This document shows, piece after piece, positions 1 through 10,855 of a stretch of 64,000 bases of DNA. This DNA comes from Tubulanus polymorphus (taxonomy: Eukaryota > Animalia > Nemertea). The notes beneath the pieces are model-generated. The model was not told the origin of the DNA, searched no databases, and worked only from the letters and a program-made list of their open reading frames with translations. The stretch lies in the NCBI RefSeq assembly GCF_964204645.1, contig NC_134025.1, positions 1,922,001 through 1,986,000 on the forward strand, read 5' to 3'. Position 1 is the first letter of the stretch. Each line of letters begins with the position of its first letter. A program made the position numbers and the translations under genes.

Positions 1-33
1 AAAATAAAATCACTCAAAATAAGCCTCGTGTAC

Positions 34-3000
34 CTGCACATGTGGTCAGTGAGATCTTCGAAATATTCTTTTTCTTTTATATCCCCATAAAACTGTTCAG
101 CAATGTCTTTAGTGAGTTCAGTTTCTTTCTTAGCCGCGACTCTAAATCCGGCTTCTTTTATTCTAGAGATGATCTCATCTGAAACAAGTTTAAATCGTCA
201 GTTGATTCTTCGATCTTCAAACTCAACTGTTCGTTAACAATTTTACCTTTAGTTTGATAACCATCTGGTTTGACTACTGCCACGGTTTGTTGCATTGGGA
301 AGAAATAATCTAATTCTATTTTAGCGGCTTCCTCGGAATCAGAACCGTGTAACTGATTAATAGGTACATCATCTATTGCAAATTGAGCCCTTAAACTGAA
401 AATATTGAAAAACATTTTTTACAGTAATCGTTAGCTAAGCTAACTAGTGTATATTTCAGTAAAATAGACCGTGGAGAATAGATTTAGATAGAATTAAAAT
501 TCACTACGTACACAAATAGGAAATATAAAGATTTTGTTTTCTTTGTAATAGAATTGTATATAGTGGGTTTCATTAATGTATATTTTACCTATCAGGTGCA
601 TTCTCTTTAGCTACATCAACTTCTTTAGGTCCTAACATATCTCTCCAAGCCGTGATAGCATCTTCTCGCGCTAAACCTAGAGCCATTAGAGGTCCACTAA
701 AACACACGGAATATCAAATACTAATTATATGAATTGATCTGATGAAAGATTTAGAGCGGTCTCTCTGTAAATCCAACCTTGTCATTCTCGCGACTAATTC
801 TTCAAAGTAAGGCTGTTCTTTATGTTCTTTATAGAACTCTTCAGCTTGTTCTTGCGTTAACTGTATTTCCTTCTGTATAGCAACTTCGAATCCAGCTTCT
901 TGAATCTTTTCCATTATCGAATCTATAAATGTACGATGCGATATTTTCAAATACTTGAAACTGTGAATTCTAGGAGTTCACGTACAGCAAAAGAGTTTCA
1001 AGCAACTGATTTCATTCCATCAACAGAAAAGAATAGACATTTTACCAACTTTTAACTCTATACGAACTCTGACCAAAAAAACTAAGTTTTTACTACATGG
1101 AAGCCCCAACCTAAATTTTGAATCAAATAGCAAATTAACCAAAACCGTAGCAAAGTTTGTCACAGCCAATCATACCACCATTTAGAGCTGCAATTAGCAG
1201 GTACCCGGATACTTTCCCTTTCTTCTTTTTTTTCTCACCTTTTTATTTGGTATGACATCTATGTACATTAATTATTTTCATAATTTTCATCAATACTTGC
1301 ATATAATGCATTTTAAACGCGGTTTGTAAGTTCATTTTGTAAGTCTTGTACTAATGTATATCATGGAAATAAATTTATTGCTAAAAAAAAAACAGAGCAA
1401 GGCTAAAATTACCTTTGTTTTCGCGTAGTGCATCCGGTCGAATGAGAGCAAGTGTCCTTTGTACTTTCGGTTTAGCAGATTTTTTAACGGTTGGCAATGC
1501 GAAATTGGGGAAGAAAAATGCAAGTTCTCTGTGATGAAAAAAGAAAGAAAATAAACCAATGCCGGTAGAAAGTGATGAGATTGATTCTTATCTTATTCTA
1601 TAAATCTATTTTGAGTATGAAATCAAATTTGATCGCCGAGCAATGCCTGAAGAGGGGTGTAGCTCTTGAAAGTGTTTGTGATAATAAATTCATTCACTAA
1701 TTAGAAAATGAGACTTTCACCGCGTTCGCTTCAATGGAATTTCAAATTTGAATTTTCAAATTTCTTACTTGTTAACGGTATCTTCGGAATCTGCTCCGTG
1801 AACCGCATTCACGTAATTATCCGTTCCGAATTTCGCGCGTAAACTATCGGGCGCGGTTTCTTTAGCTTCTTCGACGTTCTTCGGACCGAGAAGATCTCTG
1901 AAATCTTGTATCACATTTTCACCCGTTTCTCCTTTTGTTAACACTAATACATGACTCGGTCCGCTTATCATCAATTCAACTACGCTCTCGTAATAATCCT
2001 ACAAACACGTGAAAATCAGCTCGTAATTTTACATTTTAAATTTAACTAATACAGAGTGGTCATTTTCCTCATTCCTAAGTTTTCTATGTTTTATCACGAA
2101 ATCCCCCGAACGAATCTGCAGCAGGTCAATGGAGAAATTTCTGGGTTTAAGATTTTACAATCTATTCATCTTTCTTGAATCACGTATTGATAAAAAAATG
2201 CTTGGTCAGACAATAGCATGTCCCAAATTCTCTGAGTTTTGCAAGTTAAAATTTGTCCAAATTAATTTGTCAAATTTCCTAAATTCTTTTCTAGATTTTT
2301 CTAATTCTCAGATTTTCCAGGTCAGTGACCGCCCTGCATGGAATGTATAAGTGGATCGAGGATAAACCTACCTCTCCTGCCAGGTTAGAATAAAAATCTC
2401 GAGCTTCTTCGTCGGTGAGTTGTCGCTCTTCATGAGCTAAAACTTCTATTCCTCGTTCAGCCAACTGAAATATTCAAAAACAATCTATAGTATAAAGTAA
2501 TAAATCAAAATGATAAAACTAGACGAGAGAAATCCCACAATAACGAAGCCAAGATCGAAAAATTCTATATCAGAATGATTGTATTTGAGGAGCGACAGTT
2601 CGGCTAACAAGTGTTAGCCATCATCAGCTGTTAGCCGAAACGTCGCTCCTCAAATATAATCATTCTGATATAGAATTTTTTGATAAAACTAGACTAGTGT
2701 TTGCCAACAAGTTGCCCTGTATACTGTAGTATAACATACCTCAGCTAATATATCATCAACTCTACCGGCAGATACAGCATCAGGTTTAATCAGAGCTACT
2801 GTCACTTCTTTAGCCACTATAAAACAATCAATTCAACATCATGATCAGTATCTTAGAGAACTATGACTATATTCTTTAACTTCATCCGTGTTTATCAGAC
2901 CAGCTGTCTCTAATTTTTGTAGTTTTTACCAAAAACTAATTTTGACATCAAAAATAATAGTTAAATCATAAATGAACCAGAAATTGTTCTGATTTTGAGA

Positions 3001-5086
3001 GTAGTTTCAGGGTTCAATTACTCCTGAACGTAATGTGTTATATACTTTCAGGAGTAATTGAACCCTGAAACTACTCTCAAATATCATATGTTTCTTGTCT
3101 ATGTTTCTTGGAACATATGTAAAAAGAGCATAAAAAGGAGAGAAAACAATAAACAAATAATCATTGTGATGAAATAAACTCTAAACTAACAATGAGAACG
3201 GTTTTGGAGTCTACAACTGACTTACAGTCGTCCTCCTGCTCCTCATCAGCTATTGGAGGAGTGCCAAGATTGACTAGTTCATCACCGAAATGTAGAGCTA
3301 CACGAAGCATAGTAGAATGATTAGACAAGCAGAAATTGAAATAAGACACAAAATCAGCCATTAACAGAAGAGATCATCTGGTTATTGTAGCAGTCATACT
3401 GTTAAATGAAGTGAGTTTGAACAGGGTTCATAACATTCGGTCATTCTGGAATTTGAACAATTGTCACACACAGAAAAATACCTGTGACTACTGTTTGAAA
3501 AATACAATAAATGACTGTCCAAAAATTGAAGAAAGAGTTTCAAAAGAATTTCTCAAAATTATGAGTGATATACGGTTATTGGAGTTAAGGGGATTTTAAG
3601 GAGTCGTAGTATGAATCCTGTTGAAGCAGAAATTCTTATAGAATCGTGAAGTTTTTAAAGAGTTTCACAGAAAAATGTTGGGTCATAAGTTAAAAGCAAA
3701 TCATCAATTGAGATCGATTGAATTAATCGGAATGATGAATAATAAATACTAACCAGTTTCCTCATCCTTTTCATTCTCTTCTTCATCTGCTTTTCCTTTC
3801 TCTTCATATAAATGTTGTAGAACAGGATCACGAATCTACAATTGTTGGATACAAGTTTGACTCAAAATGATGAAATATCTTCATTTTCTGACAGTTTCAG
3901 GATTTTGATTCTTAAGCCATTGTAATTAGTTCTCTAATGAAAGATAGCACCGTCGAACACAATTAAATATTTAGTAACTAATGATACACCGCACTGCGGT
4001 GTAGATGCACTATAGCAGTATATTACCTGTTACTCGACACATTGGAATTTTTTGTAATTTTCAAATTATCTCCAGCTTTTTCAGTCTTATTTTGCCTACA
4101 ATCTTATTTTATCTACCGGTATATACGTGTATACTGAGGAAGATGACTGTAAAGTTATACCTCTTTTCTTTCAGCTTCACCGTCCAGCACTTTGTGTTCG
4201 TACGCAAGTTGATCTGTGATCGTTCTCATAAGTAACGGGGAATTTGCACCTCTTATAACGGCTACTAGTGATCCACCCTAAAATATCAGAGATAGAAAAC
4301 TCAAAACAAAGAGAATCATCAGTGAATTGATGCAGTTGTCAATCTGCCGTCTGTACACCCAGCCCCTCAGACAATCTGCTCTCTGTACACCAGGCCCCTC
4401 AGACAATCTGCTGTCTGTATGCCCAGCCCCTCAGACAATCAGCTGTCTGTACGCCCAGCCCCTCAGACAATCAGCTGTCTGTACGCCCAGCCCCTCAGAC
4501 AATCTGCTGTCTGTACGCCCAGCCCCTCAGACAATCTGCTGTCTGTACACCAGGCCCCTCAGACAATCTGCTGTCTGTACGCCCAGCCCCTCAGACAATC
4601 TGCTATCTATCTGCACTCCCGGCATCCAATCAGAGAAGATCGAAGTTACTTTGTTACTTACGGCATAAAAGAGAAAACAAGGTTCACATTTGCCTCTATA
4701 ATGTTCTAATGCATCTATTGAATCGGCTTTTGCCTGAAATATAAATAACAGATTTATTTCTCAATTCAGAGAAATCAGTTATAAATACTTCAATCAAAAT
4801 ATGAATCATACCACAGCAAATCTCAGCAGATCATCACCGACTTCATTCTTTAATCTCTTGAAGTTTCCGACAATTCCTTTACAAGGACCGGACCATTCTT
4901 GATACACATCGATTACTGCAACACAAACCCATACAGTAGTTTATAATCAGAAGAGCTGTTAGTTACACTAAATAAAGAGAAAGCCCTCTTCTTACCGATT
5001 AATCCTTCTTTAGTAAGAGTTTCTTCCCATTCTTCTTGTGTTTCAAGTTCTTGTTGAAGAGCTACTTCTTGCTTTTTGCGAGCCAT
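34..5086 (-). CDS. NME8: Thioredoxin domain-containing protein 3 / NME8-NME9 family (Trx domain + at least 3 NDP-kinase-like domains; outer-arm dynein-associated type), multi-exon, 3' end outside the window
   Basis: GT-AG exons spliced by eye: 4996-5086 (MARKKQEVALQQELETQEEWEETLTKEGLI), 4812-4915 (VIDVYQEWSGPCKGIVGNFKRLKNEVGDDLLRFAV), 4662-4733 (AKADSIDALEHYRGKCEPCFLFYA), 4161-4277 (GGSLVAVIRGANSPLL...), 3754-3835, 3226-3297, 2740-2816 (EVTVALIKPDAV), ~2372-2464, ~1769-1998 (SGPSHVLVL...SLRAKFGTDNYVNAVHGADS), ~1412-1527 (ELAFFFP...QRTLALIRPDA), ~778-923, ~589-696, ~248-397 (NQLHGSDS...QQTVAVVKPDG), 34-181. Trx plus repeated NDK motifs match NME8/TXNDC3; NME8 versus NME9 orthology is not resolved. 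Confidence 0.9.
2052..2336. mobile_element. Non-autonomous TIR element (hAT-like MITE), intronic
   Basis: Ends CAGAGTGGTCA ... TGACCGCCCTG are imperfect inverted repeats around AAATTYC-rich internal repeats. No TSD confirmed. Confidence 0.5.
2525..2680. mobile_element. Penelope-like (PLE) remnant: inverted duplication carrying a minimal hammerhead-type motif
   Basis: Near-perfect inverted arms at ~2560-2608 and ~2630-2679. Minus strand 2589-2627 reads CTGATGA-T-GGCTAAC-ACTT-GTTAGCC-GAACTGTC-GCTCC; plus strand has GTTAGCC-GAAACGTC-GCTCC. The insert is flanked by the direct repeat TGATAAAACTAGAC (2511-2524 and 2681-2694). Confidence 0.65.
2995..3080. repeat. Perfect ~34-bp inverted repeat (hairpin) in an NME8 intron
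   Basis: TTGAGAGTAGTTTCAGGGTTCAATTACTCCTGAA ... TTCAGGAGTAATTGAACCCTGAAACTACTCTCAA with an 18-nt spacer. Confidence 0.9.
3226..3297 (-). CDS. NME8: 72-nt symmetric (phase 1-1) exon in the acidic linker of the NME8-like gene; candidate cassette exon
   Basis: Minus strand reads gtgtag|CTCTACATTTC...GAGGACGACT|gtaagt. In frame it encodes ALHFGDELVNLGTPPIADEEQEDD, and the flanking exons join in frame with or without it. Confidence 0.7.
4340..4605. repeat. 30-bp minisatellite, about 8.5 copies, intronic
   Basis: Unit CCCAGCCCCTCAGACAATCTGCTGTCTGTA and variants. It explains the repetitive ORFs 4327..4668 and 4419..4709. Confidence 0.95.
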
Positions 5087-5338
5087 TTCTCTTGATGATG
5101 ATCACCTCCAGAACTCCCTGAGAATGAAACAAATTAATTAATCCACCACAGATCACTAAGACACTATCATCAGTGTTGTCACTGTCAATATTAGTGTTGT
5201 AGCAGCAGGAATCAATTCAAAATCTTCTAAAATTCTGATGATGAACAGTGACCAGACCAGTAGTGCAGTAGTGTCATGAGTGACTTGAGGAGTGACTGAA
5301 TGAATGAGAAAGTGTGAAGAAGTCTGACTGACTTTTTC

Positions 5339-5544
5339 GGTAAAAGTGCAGATCCGCACTTCTCGTGATTGACGCAATCTGCTGAATGACAGAATCCAGG
5401 CTAAAATCTTTCTAGTGGAGATATCTTAAAATTAACCAATGGCAATGTACCGAATTGCTGATGAAATTTTGAATCTGAAACAATGATATTTAATGTAATT
5501 GATTGAACCGTTTACGCGGAGAGGTGCGGATCTGCACTTTTACC
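5339..5544. mobile_element. MITE with GGTAA-starting TIRs and an 8-bp TSD (Merlin-like), just upstream of the NME8 start codon
   Basis: TIR GGTAAAAGTGCAGATCCGCAC / GTGCGGATCTGCACTTTTACC; ACTTTTTC is duplicated at 5331-5338 and 5545-5552. Confidence 0.85.
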
Positions 5545-5751
5545 ACTTTTTCTCTTTTTTTTGGTTCTGTTCTGGATGCACTGACTGACTGACTGATGAT
5601 AGATTTACAGTTATCTCATGCGATAAATTTAATATTATTCTAAGAGTAGGTAAAAGCTACAAACCGGTGTTACTGTTGGATGATAGACTGTATTTTTATT
5701 TTTCTATACTAGAAAAATAGAATTTAGCCTGAAGTAGTATTGGTTACTGTA

Positions 5752-5764
5752 GTTGCTAAGCAGC
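5752..5764. promoter_or_regulatory. Candidate RFX X-box upstream of the ciliary NME8-like gene
   Basis: GTTGCTAAGCAGC is one mismatch from the X-box-type palindrome GTTGCTAAGCAAC and lies about 670 bp upstream of the ATG. RFX control of ciliary genes is established; function of this site is inferred. Confidence 0.45.
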
Positions 5765-7089
5765 GAAGTCACTTTGCCAATACCTAAAGTTTGGTAGCCA
5801 GTGTAGGGTTTCTCCAAGTGCGGCCTGCTCCGAGAATCGGATAGCCCCAGGATCACCTTTACAAATTCGTTTCAGCTCTCTTAGAGGCTCAATTTATATC
5901 AAACTGAAAGTCGCCTTGATTCGAGTCCGATAACGCGACAGGATTTTTAAAGAATCTCTCAATTTAGTTCTCTTTGCTCGATTGTGCTCCTCTTCGAAAA
6001 CTCGTGAAAGACGCCGTCTTAAACCTGAGTAGAAATAAACAATATCACAAAAAGCAGAATGTGATATTTATGTTTCTCGTCTGGTCACAACAAAATTCGA
6101 CGCCAAAACTGCGTTTCAAGATCGAGAAAGAAATTAAATTGTCGAAAAGTTAATATTTATTTCTCAATGAAAATCCCAAAAACCACAATGATAAAATTCA
6201 AATAAATTGGATTGCTTTCGAAGTTAATTTATTTACGGTACCATATACAGTAACTCCAACGAAATCAAACGAGATTGAGCTAGCAAAGAATATTAAAAAA
6301 AAAACAGTTGATAGAAATATTGGTAATAATCAATCCACCTGTCATAAGGAAATTGGAGTACACAATACCAGTTTTCAACTAACGAGTGAATTTAACAGGT
6401 CAAGAAAACAACCTTAGGAAGCTGTGGCACTACGGTACTTAACAAGTTAATTTCAAAGGTTACAATACATCTTTTTCTCACGTAGGCCTACGTACGCAGG
6501 AGGGGTGGCTCCGAACGTATGCTTGTACAGGGGGAGGGGAGGGGGTTAAAAAAATCGGAATTTTATGCGTACGTTATTAATGAATGGTTCCTTTTAATGA
6601 AATTATCTTCATGACGCAGGGGCTACTCTTCAGTCACCAAGAGGTGTCTGTAAATACTCGCAGAACACTGCCATTATGGACCATTGTGAACTCAGGCAAT
6701 TACTATCTGCTCTCAAATCTTTGGTACCACTTTTAAGTCGCACCGGACTGGTCAGTAGTCCTTAAAAATCTTAAGATACATTTAAATGATTTCCAATTGC
6801 AGAAATTGGTTTCCAAACAAATGTTAAAAAGCATAGCCAGTATGCACAGAACTGTAGGTGCTACTTACACTTCTTGGCGAAGTCATGATTTTTAAGACAT
6901 CGTTCTTTGAAATCCAAAAACGAAAATATTACGCATAACAACTTTTTATCGCATCTAAAGTCTACGGTTTATTAAAGTCTAAAAATCCACATATTTTCGC
7001 ACATACAACTTTTTAAAATCCTGGCTACTTAAAACGCTTAGGCTAAACACATTATTTTCACGCCAAGGAAATATAAAATGAAACACTAT

Positions 7090-7330
7090 TTCTAAGATTG
7101 ATTAATAGAAGACTAAAAGACCATTTCATCCAATCATGGCAGGCTGATATGGAGAACAGGTTTATATGTAATTATCACAAAACATTCAAAGCTATGCTTA
7201 ACTAAGTATAAAAATTATCTGAACTTAAGTTCACAATGTTGATATTATATCCCAGTTTAGACGTAACTATGAGTCGAAACCAGGCGGTGGACGCGATCAT
7301 TTAAACAGCGTCACCAACCTAACTTAACTA
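7090..7330 (+). mobile_element. Degenerate 3' fragment of a non-LTR retrotransposon
   Basis: Reads RRLKDHFIQSWQADMEN...KTFK...VETRRW with frameshifts, resembling the region just before the C-terminal Cys/His motif of RTEX/CR1-type LINEs. It ends near AACTTAACTA, like the tail of the copy at 43.5 kb. Confidence 0.45.
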
Positions 7331-7699
7331 ATCTTTCTGGGAGCAAAAATCAAAATCATGCACCGTAGATTTTATGAGACCGAGAAGGAACTTTCAGTCA
7401 GATTACAAAACAGAATGACTCCTTTGTTTACAGATTTGTCGCCACGAAAACAGTTCGCCCAATCAATTAAAAGTATAAGGATGCGATTCTATTGAGATAT
7501 TCAAATGTAGATAGTTCCTTCCAGGCCACAGAACCCTAATTATCCTTACTTCAATTTCATTAAACAAATCATTACAAGTAGGCTGTAATCTGGTAAATTA
7601 TGTGAACTAAATTTTGTGACTAGACCAGTTTGTATAAGTGTGATGTGTAAAAATAAATCAGTACTTTTCTATACTTTGAAGTCAACTATTGTCTCTGTT

Positions 7700-7925
7700 G
7701 CTTCTTAGTGTTGTTTATAAGATTCACTAGCTGCTCCTCAGTCAGTGTTTGTAAGATTCGCTAGCTGCTCCTGAGTCAGTGTTTATAAGATCCTTATATA
7801 TCCTGAGTCAAAGTTACACTATTGTCTCTGCTGCTCCTGAATCAGTGTTTTTAAGTTGCGCTATTGTCCATGCTGCTCCTCGAGTGATGAGCTGTTGAGT
7901 GTCCATTACTGCTGCTCCTGAAGTG
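7700..7925. repeat. Degenerate ~35-bp tandem repeat
   Basis: Recurrent GCTGCTCCTGAGTCAGTGTTTATAAGA-like units. Confidence 0.7.
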
Positions 7926-8214
7926 TTAGTAGAAATCCATCATTTGTTGAAGAAATCCATCGTTGGGCGATAACTTGCTGCTGCTGGCTACACAACTTCT
8001 CATCTGGATGTCTGCAGTTTTCATCAGCATCAGTAGTTGTCTACTTCTGGTTGTTGTTTACCAATTGACGATCATTATTTCCAGGATAGAGTTTAGCTGA
8101 AATAAGAAACAAAGAACATCCTTTGAGGCAGACGATCCTAACAAGCATTGATGATGATTTACACGTTAATGATTTCTGGTCGGTAGGAACTAGATAGCTA
8201 ATGTATCTCATGCT

Positions 8215-8860
8215 GGGCCTTTCCAGATTCAAGTTTAGCTGAAACGAGTAAAAGAACGACATTTCTGTAGTCACACAATCCTTTGATTAATTGAAATTGA
8301 CATGTGTATCAACTTAACTCTCTTAAAATTGCAGAGCATCCTTTTTTTCATCGTCCTATGGTGTCTCTGTCATCTTCTTAATCATGGTGATGGGCCTGTT
8401 CAGATTAAGTTTACCTGAAATAGTAAAAAAAGATATTTCTGTAGTCAGACAATTCTTTGATTAATTGTAATTGACATGTGTATCAACTTAACTTTCTTAA
8501 AATTGCCGAGTATCCTTTTTTCCATCGTCCTATGGTGTCTTCGTCATCTGCTTAATCATGGTGATGGGCCTGTTCAGATAAAGTTTACCTGAAATAGTAA
8601 AAAAAGACATTTCTGTAGTCAGACAATTCATTGATTAATTGTAATTGACATGTGTATCAACTTAACTTTCTTAAATATGCCGAGAATCCTTTTTTCATCG
8701 TCCTAAGGTGTCTCTGTCATCTTCTTAATCATGGTGATTGGCCTGTTCAGATTAAGTTTACCTGAAATAGTAAAAAAAGACATTTCTGAAGTCACACAAT
8801 TCTTTGATTAATTGTAATTGACATGTGTATCAACTTAACTTTCTCAAGATTGCCGAGTTC
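8215..8860. repeat. ~174-bp tandem repeat, about 3.7 copies
   Basis: The anchor C(T/A)TTGATTAATTG...TTGACATGTGTATCAACTTAAC recurs at 8281, 8455, 8629 and 8802. Confidence 0.95.
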
Positions 8861-8969
8861 AGTATCTTCATGTTGTAGATTCTTTCTTCGTCATCTTTTT
8901 TCTTCTACATCGTCGTCTTCTGGGGAGTCCTGAAATGAAAAAAAAAGAACAGAGATGAAAACCTGGTAC

Positions 8970-9741
8970 GGAACAAAACAAATGTCCGAAAGCGTCGGCT
9001 CTCCTTCGCCGGTCATGTGCGGAGGATGCCAGAAAAAGAGTCAGCCAGGGATTCGCTGCCCTCTACATGCCCTCACACAGAACGCGAAAAACCAAGACGA
9101 CAACCGCTTCAAAATCACCATCTAACTACAGGATGTGCTGAGCGACGTCAGTAACTGACAAACCTATCAGATTGCACAACACTAAAATAGCGCAGTACAA
9201 CCAGATTGACCGAATCGAGATTCAAGATCTCAACTAGCACTCAAAGGCGTGACAAGAGACTTCATCCACTGCCCGAGGTTGTCACAAGGACACAATGAAA
9301 CTAGCACTCACACGCCGACAAGAGACTTCATCTCTGACCGAGGTTGTCACAAGGACACAATGAAAACTAGCACTCAAACTAGAAATCAAAGGGCGAGACA
9401 GTAGAATCATCTCTCAGCCGACTCAGAATACCAGAAACAAAGGGCGTGACAGTAGAATCATCCCTCATCCGAGCGGTCACAAGGACCAATGAATACAAGT
9501 GGCGTGACAGTCCAGTATAACCACCCCATTTTAACCCTGGGTAACCCAACAGATATGCCCATCATTGACATCACTCAGCACACTCTGCGGTGAGATGTTG
9601 AAGTGAAGCAGTTGTCGTGTTGGTTTTCGTGTTCCATGCGAGGGCATGTAGAGGGCAGCATTTCCTGACCGACTCTTTTTCTGGTATCCTCTGCACGTGA
9701 CCGGACGGAGAGCCGATGCTTTCGGACATTAGTTTTGTTCC
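8970..9741. repeat. Diverged ~180-bp inverted repeat (8970-9152 vs 9564-9741) enclosing ~66-bp tandem units
   Basis: GGAACAAAAC.AATGTCCGAAAGC.TCGGCTCTCC...GCTGCCCTCTACATGCCCTC...GTGCTGAG occurs on + at 8970 and on - at 9741. The spacer has AACTAGCACTCA...GGTTGTCACAAGGACACAATGA twice plus diverged copies. Confidence 0.9.
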
Positions 9742-10560
9742 ATAGAACGTTGAAAATCGACAGAGAAATCGGCCCTGAAAAATTAAACGGGTTAATCGCT
9801 GAAAAATAGAACGGATTAATAAACACAGAACTGCACAGGACAGCACAGAAACGAACAGTATCACGTAAAACATAAAGACGTCGTTCCTCATGAAGGAACC
9901 AGCTTGTAGAGCGCAGCGTAATCGCGAAGAAGAACGCCAGGAGGAGAATCCACGTCAGCATAGTGTCTACACGGTGTGAAGAGCCTGAGGTGAATGACTG
10001 GCCTAGCGATTCTACTTACTGTCGACCGGTGGCGTATTTCAATATTGACCAATCGGCAGCTGCGCTGTTGTCCCTTACCTTTGAATGGTTTATATTGCAG
10101 TTTGTGTAACGTTCCGCGCTGATACACATGCGGGTCGATCGTGACGTCACCCCTGTATACATCCAGTATATAGACCGGGCAGGTACCATTGAAATATAGT
10201 GATCTAGACTATAGAAATTTCTCTGAACATTTCGAAGTTACCGCATGATAAAACACTGCACGACGTCACCTCTATACACTCGGCATATGGTAATGGTATG
10301 GAATTCCTGTAGGGACATGCCAGTTGCTAGAGTTGCTAAAAAAATCGTGGACAATCAAAAATAAATAGACTTTAGTTGCTAGAGTTTTTTGGTGGATCCT
10401 CGCTTGCCACTGACTGTCAGACCGTGACTGAAATTTTTAATTTTGTATTTTGCCCTGAGATTTGATAATGTCTGTTTTGTATGGAAGACCTGAGGGACAT
10501 GCTTGTATGTTGCAAATTGCCAATTGCACATTTTTTAATCCGCCAGGGCCGGGCGCCAAA

Positions 10561-10855
10561 GGCACCGTCCTGAAGTGAGCACTGGATTCAAATTTATTTC
10601 ATCACTCGATTCAAATTTATTATAAATTTTTTAGTGGTTTTTAATGTGTATTTTTTGCACTGAGAAATATTCGAGAGCTACAGTCCAGTATATAGTTGTT
10701 GCCCGGTGCAAGGGCTCCTTGGGGGTCTAATTGACGCCCAAAGACCCCAAAACATCAACAATAATGTTTAGAAATTAATAAGAAATTTGAATCGAGTGAT
10801 GAAATAAATTTGTATCGAGTGATACCGAATTCAGTGCTCACTTCACGACGGTGCC
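10561..10855. mobile_element. MITE with long TIRs and a 3-bp AAA duplication (PIF/Harbinger-like)
   Basis: GGCACCGTCCTGAAGTGAGCACTGGATTC / GAATTCAGTGCTCACTTCACGACGGTGCC, plus internal inverted AAATTTATTTCATCACTCGATTCAAATTT; AAA on both flanks. Confidence 0.85.

Noticed and set aside
1640-1680. Hammerhead-like CTGAAGA-GGGG...CTCTT-GAAA motif
   Set aside because: Stem II is weak and no convincing stem I/III or cleavage triplet is present; at most a decayed PLE remnant.
4327-4709. Repetitive Cys/Pro ORFs, or a CRISPR-like array
   Set aside because: Head-to-tail 30-bp minisatellite without unique spacers, in an intron of a eukaryotic gene.
9571-10127. Overlapping minus-strand ORFs, one with a signal-peptide-like N-terminus
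   Set aside because: No recognisable domain. They run through an intron-like tract and an inverted-repeat arm whose partner does not preserve the frame.
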